Part shown: piece after piece, positions 47,971 through 59,605 of the stretch
Position numbering within the stretch: the stretch's first letter is position 1
How the letters are laid out: each line of letters begins with the position of its first letter
Assembly: GCA_963836205.1 (NCBI GenBank)
Contig: CAWIIV010000015.1
Location: 128,001 to 192,000 of the forward strand
Direction: 5' to 3'
From: an uncultured Acidimicrobiia bacterium
Lineage (GTDB): Bacteria > Actinomycetota > Acidimicrobiia > Acidimicrobiales > AC-14
Length of the DNA: 64,000 bases
Position numbers and translations under genes: made by a program
The notes under the pieces: model-generated
What the model was told of the DNA's origin: nothing
Databases searched by the model: none
Seen by the model: the letters and a program-made list of their open reading frames with translations, nothing else

Positions 47971-48224
47971 CCGGCGCAGGAAGGGTCGTCGATGACCACG
48001 ACCGGCGCCTGGCGGGTGGTGGAGTACACCCGGTGGCCGTGGCCGTCGCACTTGTGGGCCACGTTGGCGAACTGGTCGGGGAAGTTGATGACCTCGGCCG
48101 CCGAGTCGTCGTAGTCGCCCACCGGCGCGTCGCCCCGGCCGCGGGCGTCGTTCCGGGCGTTGCACCCCCCGGCGGCCAGGCCCAGGGCCAGGGTCAGCAC
48201 GGCGATTGTCAGCCGTCGTCTCAC
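47967..48224 (-). CDS. Small lipoprotein of unknown function
   Basis: RRR-hydrophobic-AGGC lipobox; GDAPV..FPD.FANVAHKCD; ATGA overlap with ald; start approximate (track start 48248). Confidence 0.65.
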   Translation of the reverse strand: MRRRLTIAVLTLALGLAAGGCNARNDARGRGDAPVGDYDDSAAEVINFPDQFANVAHKCDGHGHRVYSTTRQAPVVVIDDPSCAG

Positions 48225-48414
48225 GGTGCCTCCTCGTCTCGGTCCCACACTCCCGCCAGTGTGGCCGAGGCCCGGTCCGGCCGGCGCCGCCGCCAGCGTC
48301 CGGTCGTCCTGTGGGCGCAGGCGTCAGCCTGCCGGGCGAGAGCCATGGTCGGCCGGGAGAGTTGGCCTGTGGGTTGACCATGGCATCCGCGGGCGGATGG
48401 CCGAGGGCTGAGGC

Positions 48415-49150
48415 AATGGAATGTCGCCGTTGGTGCCCCAGTACGTCGTGGCTCCGCCCTGGACATACCAGACACCGGTGGAGGAGCGGAACACGCCGAT
48501 GTCGTGTTGCCGTTACCGTCGAAGTCGGCCGTCTGACGAACCGCATCATCGGTTCGCTGGAACAGGAACACGTCCAGGGTGCCGTTGGCGTCGCTCTGGC
48601 CCGCCACCAGGTTGGTGGCGAGCGATCCGAAGGCCACGAACGCCCGTTGGCGCTGATGGCCGGCACGATACTGCCGCCGCCGCCCGTTGTCGCGGTGCTG
48701 GCCGGCGTGTGCGCCACCAGCGTCACCGCCTCCGTGGCCCGCTGGAAGAGGAAGATGTCGTTGTTGCCGTTGGCGTCGCTCTGGCCGGCCACCAGGTTGG
48801 TGGCGGCCGACCGGAAGGCCACGACCCCCCGATCGGCGCTGACGACCGGGTCGAAACCGACGCCGTTGGCCCTCGTGGTCGCGCTGGCCGGCGTGTGCGA
48901 CACAGCGTCAGCACCCCCGTGGCCTGCTCGAAGAGGAAGATGTCGTTGCCGTTGGCGTCGCTCTGGCCCGCCACCAAGTCGATGGCCGTCGACGAGAAGG
49001 CCACGAACGCCCCGTCGGCGCTGATGGCCAGCTCGATACTGGTGCCGTTGGCCGTTGTCGTCGCGCTGGCCGGCGTGTGCGACACAAGCGTCACCGCCTC
49101 CGTGGCCCGCTGGAAGAGGAAGATGTCGTTGTTGCCGTTGGCGGCGGTGC
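48415..49150 (-). pseudogene. Decayed partial copy of the beta-propeller/FG-GAP repeat gene (~3.3 propeller units plus one FG-GAP unit)
   Basis: VSHTPASATT..AISADGAFVAF..GQSDANG units with several indels; no start codon or signal peptide. Confidence 0.8.
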
Positions 49151-49262
49151 TCAGAGGAAGGGGTCGTAGATGGCGGGAAGGAAACGGAACGGGAATGTCG
49201 CCGTCGGCTCCCCGGTACGTCGTAGACCCCCCGCTCCTACGGTGAGCTCGACGGCAAGGCTC

Positions 49263-50692
49263 AGTTGCGTCCACAGACGTGGTGTACGAGTCGGCGCTGA
49301 GGGCCTGACGGCCTGACCATCCCCCCGACGCGACGACCACCGCGTCAACCTCAGAAGGAAGAGACCAAGCAACCAACTGAGGAGGAACACGGTGGTCCCT
49401 GACACCTTTAGCGCACTCGCCTGGCTGCGCAAGCACATCGACGGCGAGGGCGGCAACGACGTCATCCGCGACATGGTCAAGGTCTTCGCCGAGCAGCTCA
49501 TGTCGGCCGAGGCCGACAACGCCTGCGGCGCGGCCTGGGGCGAGCGCAGCCCGGAGCGGGTGAACTCCCGCAACGGCTACCGCGGCCGTGGCTTCGACAC
49601 CCGGGCCGGCACCATCGAGTTGGCCGTGCCCAAGCTGCGCTCGGGCAGCTACTTCCCCGACTGGCTGCTCGAGCCCCGCCGGCGGGCGGAGAAGGCCCTG
49701 GTGGCGGTGGTGGCCGAGGCCTACGTGGCCGGCGTGTCGACCCGGCGGGTGGACGCCCTGGTGCAGTCCATGGGCATCGACGGGATCTCCAAGTCCCAGG
49801 TCTCGGAGATGGCCCGCAGCCTCGACGCCGCCGTCGACGCCTTCCGCTCCCGGCCCCTCGACGCCGGGCCCTACGCCTACGTGGCCATCGACGCGCTGAC
49901 CCAGAAGGTGCGGGAGGAGGGCCGCATCGTCAACATCGCCTGCGCCGTGGCCTGCGGCGTCAACGCCGACGGGCACCGGGAGATCCTGGGCATGGACGTG
50001 TTCACCACCGAGACGGGAGCAGGCTGGACGACGTTCCTGCGGGGACTGGTGGCCCGGGGCCTGTCGGGGGTGTGCCTCGTCGTCTCCGACGCCCACGAGG
50101 GCCTCAAGGCCGCCATCGCGGGGGCGCTGCCGGGCGCCACCTGGCAGCGCTGCCGGACCCACTTCGTGCGCAACCTGCTCTCCAAGGTGCCCCGCTCGGC
50201 CCAGACCATGGTGGCCACGGGGGTGCGCACCATCTTCGAGCAGCCCGATGCCACCCAGGTCGTCGCTCAGCACGCCCGGGTGGTGGAACAGCTGGTGGCC
50301 AAGTACCCCGAGGCCGCCGGGATGCTCATCGACGCCCGGGCGGACCTGTTGGCCTTCACCACCTTCCCCAAGGAGCACTGGCGCCAGATCTGGTCCAACA
50401 ACCCCCAGGAGCGGCTCAACAAGGAGCTGCGCCGGCGCACCGACGTGGTCGGCATCTTCCCCAACCGGGCCGCCGTGATCCGCCTCGTGGGGGCAGTGCT
50501 GGCCGAGCAGAACGACGAGTGGGCCGTCGCCCGGCGCTACATGTCCCCCGAGCTGCTGGCCAAGGCCCGAATGATCGTCATCGACGGAGGGCTCGATGAC
50601 ACGACCAACGACACCGACCTGGCCAAGGTGGGGTAAACAAGTCCCCGAGGTTGACGTGGTGGTGGTCATACACCACGTCCGTGGACGTGACC
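49263..50692 (+). mobile_element. Complete IS256-family insertion sequence (~1430 bp)
   Basis: Imperfect terminal IRs (AGTTGCGTCCACAGACGTGGTGTACGA versus the reverse complement of the right end, GGTCACGTCCACGGACGTGGTGTATGA); flanked by direct repeat GCAAGGCTC at 49254-49262 and 50693-50701. Confidence 0.9.
49392..50636 (+). CDS. IS256 (Mutator) family transposase
   Basis: RNGYR, PKLRSGSYFP, GVSTRRV, AIDAL, VSDAHEGL, QRCRTHF, NPQERLNKE; GGAGG RBS. Confidence 0.95.
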   Translation: MVPDTFSALAWLRKHIDGEGGNDVIRDMVKVFAEQLMSAEADNACGAAWGERSPERVNSRNGYRGRGFDTRAGTIELAVPKLRSGSYFPDWLLEPRRRAEKALVAVVAEAYVAGVSTRRVDALVQSMGIDGISKSQVSEMARSLDAAVDAFRSRPLDAGPYAYVAIDALTQKVREEGRIVNIACAVACGVNADGHREILGMDVFTTETGAGWTTFLRGLVARGLSGVCLVVSDAHEGLKAAIAGALPGATWQRCRTHFVRNLLSKVPRSAQTMVATGVRTIFEQPDATQVVAQHARVVEQLVAKYPEAAGMLIDARADLLAFTTFPKEHWRQIWSNNPQERLNKELRRRTDVVGIFPNRAAVIRLVGAVLAEQNDEWAVARRYMSPELLAKARMIVIDGGLDDTTNDTDLAKVG

Positions 50693-51130
50693 GCAAGGCT
50701 CAGCGGCGTAGCCCGTGACGGCGCGCCCGGGGCCGCTCGGTAGACGAGAACTCCCCCCAGTGCAGGGCCGCCAGACTCGCAGACGACGACGTAGGGTGTC
50801 TCGTCCACCGGTGCTTCGGGGCACGGGTTTGCGCCACACGGTCCCTCATCCACCGGCAGCGATTCGCAGGGTGTGGCGGCGCACGGGTCCTCAACGACCG
50901 GACTCGATTCAGGAGTTAGCACCGCACGGGCCATCGTCCGGCACGACCGGTTCACACGGGTTGCGTCGCACGGCCCCTCGTCCGGGAGCACCGATCCACA
51001 GGGCTCGGCGCCACACGGCTCCTCCTCGGCGACGCTCACGCTGCGGGCCCCGCCGAATGCGCCATCGGACCGCCCGCAAGCACGATCAGCGCGAGCAGCC
51101 CCCCGTCGCGCCGGCCAGGTGCGGATCCGG
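50693..51130 (-). pseudogene. IS-interrupted, decayed secreted protein with Cys-Pro repeats; 3' end lies at 49151-49262
   Basis: Signal-like LLALIVLAGG; ~5 copies of a 45-bp DEGPCGANPCESLPV unit. The frame ATPLSLAV continues across the empty site into ELTVGAG...DIPVP..AIYDPFL-stop (with indels). Confidence 0.55.
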
Positions 51131-51256
51131 CCTTCGGTTGACGGTATCGGACCGTGCACACGGTGGAATCTCGAGCATCTGCCACCCAGCGGTGAACGAT
51201 GATGAACCTGCTCGGACCGGGACCGAACCCCTGAGGCCGTGCGTGGACGCTCGTGC

Positions 51257-53632
51257 TCAAGAGAAGGGGTCGTAGATGGCGTATGGCAACGGGACGGGAA
51301 CGTCGCCGTTGGCGCCCCAGGTGGTCGTGGCTCCGCCCTGGACGTACCAGACACCGGTTGCGTCGCGGAACACGGCGATGTCGGTCGTTCCGTTGCCGTT
51401 GTAGTCGCCGGGGGCGGGGACGTCGCCGTTGGCGCCCCAGTACGTCGTGGCTCCGCCCTGGACGTACCAGACACCGGTTGCGGGGCGGAACACGGCGATG
51501 TCGGTGGTGCCGTTTCCGTTGTAGTCGCCGGGGACAGGGACGTCGCCGTTGGTGCCCCAGTACGTCGTGGCTCCGCCTTGCACGTACCAGACACCGGTGG
51601 CCGGGCGGAACACGGCTACTTCGGTGCTGCCGTCGCCGTTGTAGTCGCCGGGAACGGGGATGTCGCCGTTGGTGCCCCAGTACGTCGTAGCGCCGCCCTG
51701 GACGTACCAGACACCGGTCGAGGGGCGGAACACGGCTACTTCGGTCGTTCCGTCTCCGTTGTAGTCGCCGGGAACGGGGACGTCGCCGTTGGTGCCCCAG
51801 GTGGTCGTGGCTCCGCCCTGGACGTACCAAACGCCGGTGGTGCGCCGGAACACGGCGATCTCGGTCGTCCCGTTTCCGTTGTAGTCGCCGGGAACGGGAA
51901 GGTCGCCATTGGTGCCCCAGTAGGTCGTGGCTCCGCCCTGGACGTACCAGACACCGGTGGAGGGGCGGAACACGCCGATGTCTGTGGTGCCGTTTCCGTC
52001 GAAGTCGGCCGGCGGACGAGCCGCGCCATCGCTTCGCTGAAACAGGAACACGTCGGTAGCGCCGTTGGCGTCGCTCTGGCCCGCCACCAGGTTGGTGGCG
52101 CTCGACGAGAATGGTACGAACGCCCCGTCGGCGCTGATGGCCGCCTCGGCACTGCCGAGGTTGGCCGTCGTGGTGGCGCTGGCCGGCGTGTGCGACACCA
52201 GCGTCACCACCCCCGTGGCCCGCTGGAAGAGGAAGGCGTCGTAGTTGCTGTTGGCGTCGCTCTGGCCCGCCACCAGGTTGGTGGCTGTCGACGAGAAGGC
52301 CACGAACGCGCCGTCGGCGCTGATGGCCGGATCGAGACCGCCGGCACTGGCCGTCGTGGTGGCGCTGGCCGGCGTGTGCGACACCAGCGTCACCACCCCC
52401 GTGGCCCGCTGGAAGAGGAAGGTGTCGAAGTCGCCGTTGGTGTCGCTCTGGCCCGCCACCAGGGTGGTGGCTGTCGAGGAGAATGCCACGAACGCCCCGT
52501 CGGCGCTGATGGCCGGATCGAGACTGAGGCCGCTGGCCGTCGTGGCGCTGGCCGGCGTGTGCGACACCAGCGCCACCACCCCCGTGGCCCGCTGGAAGAG
52601 GAATGTGTCGTAGTTGCCGTTGCCGTCGCTCTGGCTCACCACCAGATTGGTGGCGAGCGAGTGGAAGGCCACGAACGCCCCGTCGGCGCTGATGGCCGGG
52701 CCGAGACTGTCGCTACTGGCCGTCGTGGTGGCGCTGGCCGGCGTGTGCGACACCAGCGTCACCACCCCCGTGGCCCGCTCGAAGAGGAAGGTGTCGAAGT
52801 CGCCGTTGGCGTCGCTCTGGCCCGCCACCAGGTTGGTGGCGGTCGAGTGGAAGGCCACGAACGCTCCGTCGGCGCTGATGGCCGGCTCGAGACTGGCGCT
52901 GTTGGCCGTCGTGGTGGCGCTGGCCGGCGTGTGCGAAACCAGCGTCACCACCCCCGTGGCCCGCTGGAGGAGGAAGATGTCGAAGTCGCCGTTGGCGTCG
53001 CTCTGGCCGGCCACCAGATTGTTGGCGAACGAGAAGAAGGCCACGAACGCCCCGTCGGCGCTGATCGCCGGCTCGGAACTGAAACCGTTGGCCGTCGTGG
53101 TGGCGCTGGCCGGCGTGTGCGAAACCAGCGTCACCACCCCCGTGGCCCGCTGGAGGAGGAAGATGTCGCCGGTGCTGTTGGCGTCGCTCTGGCCGGTTGC
53201 CAGGTTGGTGGCGGTCGAGCGGAAGGCCACGAACGCCCCGTCGGAGCTGATGGCCGGCTCGGAACTGATCCCGCTGGCCGTCGTGGTGGCGCTGGCCGGC
53301 GTGTGCGATACCAGCGTCACCGCCCCCGTGGCCCGCTCGAAGAGGAAGATGTCGTTGTTGTTGTTGGCGTCGCTCTGGCCCGACACCAGGTCAGTGGCGC
53401 TCGACTGGAAGGCCACGAACGCCCCGTCGGCGCTGGACGACGGGGATTGGCTGTCACCGAGGACTGCCGTCGCCGGCCCGACCGGCGTGTGCGACACGAG
53501 GCTGACCTGGCCGTTGGCGGCGCTTGCCGGCGCCGGGCCGGAGACCAATGCCAGACCGCTCAGCACCATGGCCAGGGCCAGATGGCTGACGCAACGCCGC
53601 CGCACTGGTGGGCCTACCCGTCGGGTGTTCAA
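51257..53632 (-). CDS. Secreted repeat protein: 8 TolB-like beta-propeller units (62 aa) plus 6 FG-GAP/VCBS-like Ca-binding units (40 aa)
   Basis: Signal peptide ending ASA; PAISADGAFVAF units; DYNGNGTTDIAVFRP..G.WY units; start uncertain. Confidence 0.85.
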   Translation of the reverse strand: MNTRRVGPPVRRRCVSHLALAMVLSGLALVSGPAPASAANGQVSLVSHTPVGPATAVLGDSQSPSSSADGAFVAFQSSATDLVSGQSDANNNNDIFLFERATGAVTLVSHTPASATTTASGISSEPAISSDGAFVAFRSTATNLATGQSDANSTGDIFLLQRATGVVTLVSHTPASATTTANGFSSEPAISADGAFVAFFSFANNLVAGQSDANGDFDIFLLQRATGVVTLVSHTPASATTTANSASLEPAISADGAFVAFHSTATNLVAGQSDANGDFDTFLFERATGVVTLVSHTPASATTTASSDSLGPAISADGAFVAFHSLATNLVVSQSDGNGNYDTFLFQRATGVVALVSHTPASATTASGLSLDPAISADGAFVAFSSTATTLVAGQSDTNGDFDTFLFQRATGVVTLVSHTPASATTTASAGGLDPAISADGAFVAFSSTATNLVAGQSDANSNYDAFLFQRATGVVTLVSHTPASATTTANLGSAEAAISADGAFVPFSSSATNLVAGQSDANGATDVFLFQRSDGAARPPADFDGNGTTDIGVFRPSTGVWYVQGGATTYWGTNGDLPVPGDYNGNGTTEIAVFRRTTGVWYVQGGATTTWGTNGDVPVPGDYNGDGTTEVAVFRPSTGVWYVQGGATTYWGTNGDIPVPGDYNGDGSTEVAVFRPATGVWYVQGGATTYWGTNGDVPVPGDYNGNGTTDIAVFRPATGVWYVQGGATTYWGANGDVPAPGDYNGNGTTDIAVFRDATGVWYVQGGATTTWGANGDVPVPLPYAIYDPFS
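51290..53500 (-). repeat. Intragenic tandem repeats: 120-bp x6 (~51290-52010) and 186-bp x8 (~52030-53500)
   Basis: Periods measured directly (51301/51421/51541 and 53115/53301). Confidence 0.9.
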
Positions 53633-53710
53633 CGCCGCCTCCGTCCCCCGGGCGTCCTCGTCACGCCAAGGTGCCAGACGGTAATCGTAGGCTCCCGCGG
53701 TCGGCTGCGA

Positions 53711-55886
<2,176 letters not shown>

Positions 55887-55960
55887 TCAGCCTACCGCGG
55901 CCGCCGCACCGGCCGAAGGACCGGCGATGGCCTGGACTTTCGCCGGCGGGACCGTCCCCT

Positions 55961-56970
55961 TCACTCGCCGACGGAGTTCCAGTAGGCCTTGAGGAGGCGG
56001 AGGATGCCTGCGCCCACGCGGCGAAATCCGAACCACGCCACGGTCAGAACGAGGAAGCCCCAGATGCCGACCCACATCGCCGCGCCGAAAGCGTCGGTCG
56101 GCTCCTCCGAGAGCTCAGGGGCGGTGACCGCCAGGACCGAGAACCAGGCGACGGCGTAGACGCCGAGCATCCAGGGCCGAACCTTCCGCCGGGGCGGGGA
56201 CGCGTCGCGGTCCCAACTTTCGGGGCCCAGGTTCCGACGCCCGTCGCGGACACGCACCCAGACGCCACGGCCATCAGCCCCAAGCCGCCGAGCACCCCGA
56301 ACGCCACCCAGAGGTCCCAGGGGGGCTGGTTGGCCTCGCCGAGGACGCTGACCCGCTCGGGGTTGGAGCGGTCGACGAGGACGGTCACGGGACCTCCCTC
56401 CCGGTATCCCGTCGCCTCATCGCTGCGGATCTCCTTCCTCCGGGGACGTTCCTGCCACGTGAACTCGACGACGATGTGCTCGCCCCCGACGAAGCTGGCG
56501 TCCTCTTCCAGCACCACCTCCGCGACCACGCCCGGCACCCGGGCCCCATTTCGTTCCAGTCCCATGGCCCGGTAGTCGACGACGCCCTGGACGACGGAGG
56601 CGGCGACGACGAGAGCGAGGCCGGCGCCGAGCCAAGGCCAGGCCCGTCGGGGGATCCGCCGGGCCTCGGTGGCGGTCGGGTCGGCGGAGCGGCGGAGACG
56701 GTGGGCGTCGGCGTCGGTCACCCCGGCGACCAGCGCGTCGACGCCTGTCGCCGCGAAGGCTCGACGGGGCAAGGGAGCCGGTAGCTCGGGGGCATCGTCG
56801 TCCCACGCCTGGTCGGGGCCGGCAGGGGCCGGCCACGTCGGGGATGGCGCCCGGCGGGTGGGGGCGCGTGGGGCCTCCGCCCGTCGCTCGGCCGCCTGTC
56901 GCAGGATCCAGGGGACGGACTCGTCCCCGGCGGGCTGCTCGTCCAGCGTGCGGGTGCCGTCCGCCATCAT
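55961..56970 (-). CDS. Membrane protein (DUF3592-like); frameshift at ~56260
   Basis: AAGGAGG RBS; TM, GARVPGVV..VEF..G.PVTVLVD..NP, TM; the last two TMs are in another frame (55961..56257). Confidence 0.55.
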
Positions 56971-57061
56971 CTTCCTCCTTGTTCCGCCGACTCTCCCAGC
57001 GGGGCGTCCCCCTGATTGTCGGCCCGCGGCCGCGGTCCCGCCAGGGGCGATCGGCCTCTCC

Positions 57062-58453
57062 TCAGGCCAGGGTGACCAGGACCGCCTCGACGTCGGCGAT
57101 GGTGGTGCGGGGGTTGACGATGCAGAGGCGCAGGATCGTCTCGCCGGCGTGGGTGGAGGGGACGACGAAGGCCACGCCCGACTCGAGCAGCCGGCGGGAC
57201 CAGGCCACATAGTCGGCCGGCGACCAGCCGAGGCGGCGGAACGCGACCACGGACAGCTCGGGCTCGGCCACCAGGGCCAGGTGGGGCGCCTGGCGGACGA
57301 GGTCGGCGGCGGCCGCCGCGATCGCCAGGCAGCGTTCGACGGCATCGGAATACGCCCGGGTGCCGTAGGCGGCCAGGGAGAACCAGAACGGGACGCCGCG
57401 GGCCCGCCGGGTCAGGTGGACGGCGTAGTCGGACGGGTTCCAGTCGCCGCTCTCGTGCAGGACCTCCAGGTAGGCGCCGTGCTGGGCGTGGGCGGCCTTG
57501 GCCCACGACGGGTCGCGATAGAGGAGGATGCACGTGTCGAACGGGGCGAACAGCCACTTGTGGGGGTCGACGATGAACGAGTCGGCCCGCTCGATGCCGG
57601 CGAAGCGGGGTCGCACCGACGGCGCCGCCAGCGCGGCCAGGCCGTAGGCCCCGTCGACATGGAGCCACACCCCGGCCGCGGCGCAGGCGTCGGCGACCGA
57701 CGCCAGGTCGTCGACCAGCCCGAGATTGGTGGAGCCGGCGGTGGCCACGACGGCGCACACCCGGTCGCCGACCTCGGCCAGCACCGGGACCAGGGCCGCG
57801 CCGGTGAGCCGGTCGCCCGGCACGACCACCACCTCTGCGTCCATGACCTCGGCCACCGCGTCCACCGAGGCGTGAGCGGTCGAGCCGACCACCACGGCCC
57901 ATCGGGAGGGACGTTGGCCGGCCCGCCGGGCCAGGGCCGAGTGGCGGGCCGCCACCAGCGCCGACAGGTTGCCGATCGTTCCCCCGGAGACGAAGACCCC
58001 ACCCGCGCCGGGGGGCAGTCCGGCCAGGTCCGCCACCCAGCGCAGGGCCTGGTTCTCGGCCCATACCGCCCCCGCCCCTTCCAGCCAGGAGCCGGCGTAG
58101 ATGGAGCACGCCCCCACCACGGCGTCGGCCAGGATCGACGTCTCCGTCGGTGCGGCCGGGATGAAGGCGAAGTAGCGAGGGAAGTCGACCGAGAGGCAGG
58201 CGGGCTCCAGGATCTGAGTGAAGATCCGCAGCACCTCGTCCGGGCCCAGGCCGTCGTCGGTGATGCTCGGCCCGGCGGCGGCGTCGAGCTCGGCCGGTGT
58301 GCGCGGGTGGCCGAGGGGGACGCCCTCGATGTCGGACCGGGCCCGACGTAGGGCGAAGGCCAGCGCGTCCCGGGCGAAGCCGTCCATGGCCGCGTCGAAG
58401 CGGTGCATGCCGTCGACCGGCTCGGCCGGCTCGGCCGGGTCGACCTCCGTCAC
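57062..58453 (-). CDS. Group II PLP-dependent amino-acid decarboxylase
   Basis: PRYFAFIP, GGVFVSGGT.GNL, ATAGSTNLGLVD, WLHVDGAYG, VDPHKWLF, LRLCIVNPRT. Confidence 0.9.
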   Translation of the reverse strand: MTEVDPAEPAEPVDGMHRFDAAMDGFARDALAFALRRARSDIEGVPLGHPRTPAELDAAAGPSITDDGLGPDEVLRIFTQILEPACLSVDFPRYFAFIPAAPTETSILADAVVGACSIYAGSWLEGAGAVWAENQALRWVADLAGLPPGAGGVFVSGGTIGNLSALVAARHSALARRAGQRPSRWAVVVGSTAHASVDAVAEVMDAEVVVVPGDRLTGAALVPVLAEVGDRVCAVVATAGSTNLGLVDDLASVADACAAAGVWLHVDGAYGLAALAAPSVRPRFAGIERADSFIVDPHKWLFAPFDTCILLYRDPSWAKAAHAQHGAYLEVLHESGDWNPSDYAVHLTRRARGVPFWFSLAAYGTRAYSDAVERCLAIAAAAADLVRQAPHLALVAEPELSVVAFRRLGWSPADYVAWSRRLLESGVAFVVPSTHAGETILRLCIVNPRTTIADVEAVLVTLA

Positions 58454-59595
58454 GTGCCGGTGATGGCGGAGAACCGGGTCTGGAGGGCTTCCTCCTCGGC
58501 CGACGTCGTGCCCGCCCAGAACGACAGCCGGCGGCGGGTGGCCTCGTCGGGGAAGAGGACGGGGTTGGCGGCCAGGGCGGCGGCGTCGCCCCCGGCCCGC
58601 TCCAGTTCCTCCCGCACGCCCAGGACCGGGCTCACGTACTGGACGGCGGCGGTGATGCGGGCCGCGTTGGCCGGGTCGTAGACGAAGTTCATGAACTCCC
58701 CCGCCGAGGCTACGTTGTCGGCCCCCTTGGGGATCACCATGCTGTCGAACCAGCGGATGCCGCCCTCGGCCGGGATCACGAAGCGGATGTCGGGCCGGCG
58801 GGCCTGGAGCTGGACCACGTCGCCCGACCACGCCAGGCAGGCCGCGAACTCGCCGCTCTCCAAGGCGTCGACGTACTCGTTGCCGGTGAAGCGGGCCACC
58901 TGCCCCGAGGCCACCACGTCCTCCAGCCGGTCGAGGGCAGCGTCGGCGGTGGCGACGGAGGCCCGCCCGGGGTCGTCGCCCCGGGCCAGCATGAACAGCC
59001 CCACCACCTCCCGCATCTCCGACACCATCCCCACCCGGCCCTTGAGCCCGGCGTCGAGAAGGTCGGCGAAGGCGCCGAGGGGGCGGCCGGTGAGGGCGGG
59101 GTTGTAGGCGACGCCGGTGATCCCGGCCTGCCACGGCATGTGGAAGCGGGCCCCCCGGTCCCACGCCGTACCCAGCAGGGCGGGGTCGACGTTGACGTGG
59201 TTGGGGACGTGCTCGAGGGGGACCTCGTTGAGCAGGCCCCGCTCCAGCAGCTGGGACACCACCCAGTAGGTGGGCACGACGATGTCGAAGCCGGTGGCCT
59301 TGCCCTCGAACAGGGTCGGACCGAAGACCTCGGCCAGCCCGAACTGGTTGTCGCTGTAGTCCTCCGAATAGTCGACGGACGTGCCCGTCTCGGCGCTGAA
59401 CCGGTCGACGGTGCCCACCTCGCCATCGCCGGTGGTGTCGATGTACTGGGGCCAGTTGAGGACCCGCAGCCGGCCCGTGGGGTCGCCCGAGTCTCCCGAC
59501 GGGGCCGACTTCAGGCCTCCTCTTGAGCAGGCCGCACCCAGGGCGAGGGCGCCGGCGCCGGCCAGGAACGTCCGCCTGCTGATGCGAGTGGTCAT
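58450..59595 (-). CDS. Tat-exported polyamine (PotD/PotF-like) ABC substrate-binding lipoprotein
   Basis: SRRTFL twin-arginine plus GAAC lipobox; NWPQYID, DIVVPT, PWQAGITG, AWSGD, IPAEGG..W.D.MVIP, FMNFVYDP. Confidence 0.88.
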   Translation of the reverse strand: MTTRISRRTFLAGAGALALGAACSRGGLKSAPSGDSGDPTGRLRVLNWPQYIDTTGDGEVGTVDRFSAETGTSVDYSEDYSDNQFGLAEVFGPTLFEGKATGFDIVVPTYWVVSQLLERGLLNEVPLEHVPNHVNVDPALLGTAWDRGARFHMPWQAGITGVAYNPALTGRPLGAFADLLDAGLKGRVGMVSEMREVVGLFMLARGDDPGRASVATADAALDRLEDVVASGQVARFTGNEYVDALESGEFAACLAWSGDVVQLQARRPDIRFVIPAEGGIRWFDSMVIPKGADNVASAGEFMNFVYDPANAARITAAVQYVSPVLGVREELERAGGDAAALAANPVLFPDEATRRRLSFWAGTTSAEEEALQTRFSAITGT

Positions 59596-59605
59596 GGCGC
59601 CGTCC

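Noticed and set aside
48415-53632. Diversity-generating retroelement (TR/VR pair)
   Set aside because: No reverse transcriptase in the window, and differences between units are not adenine-specific by eye.
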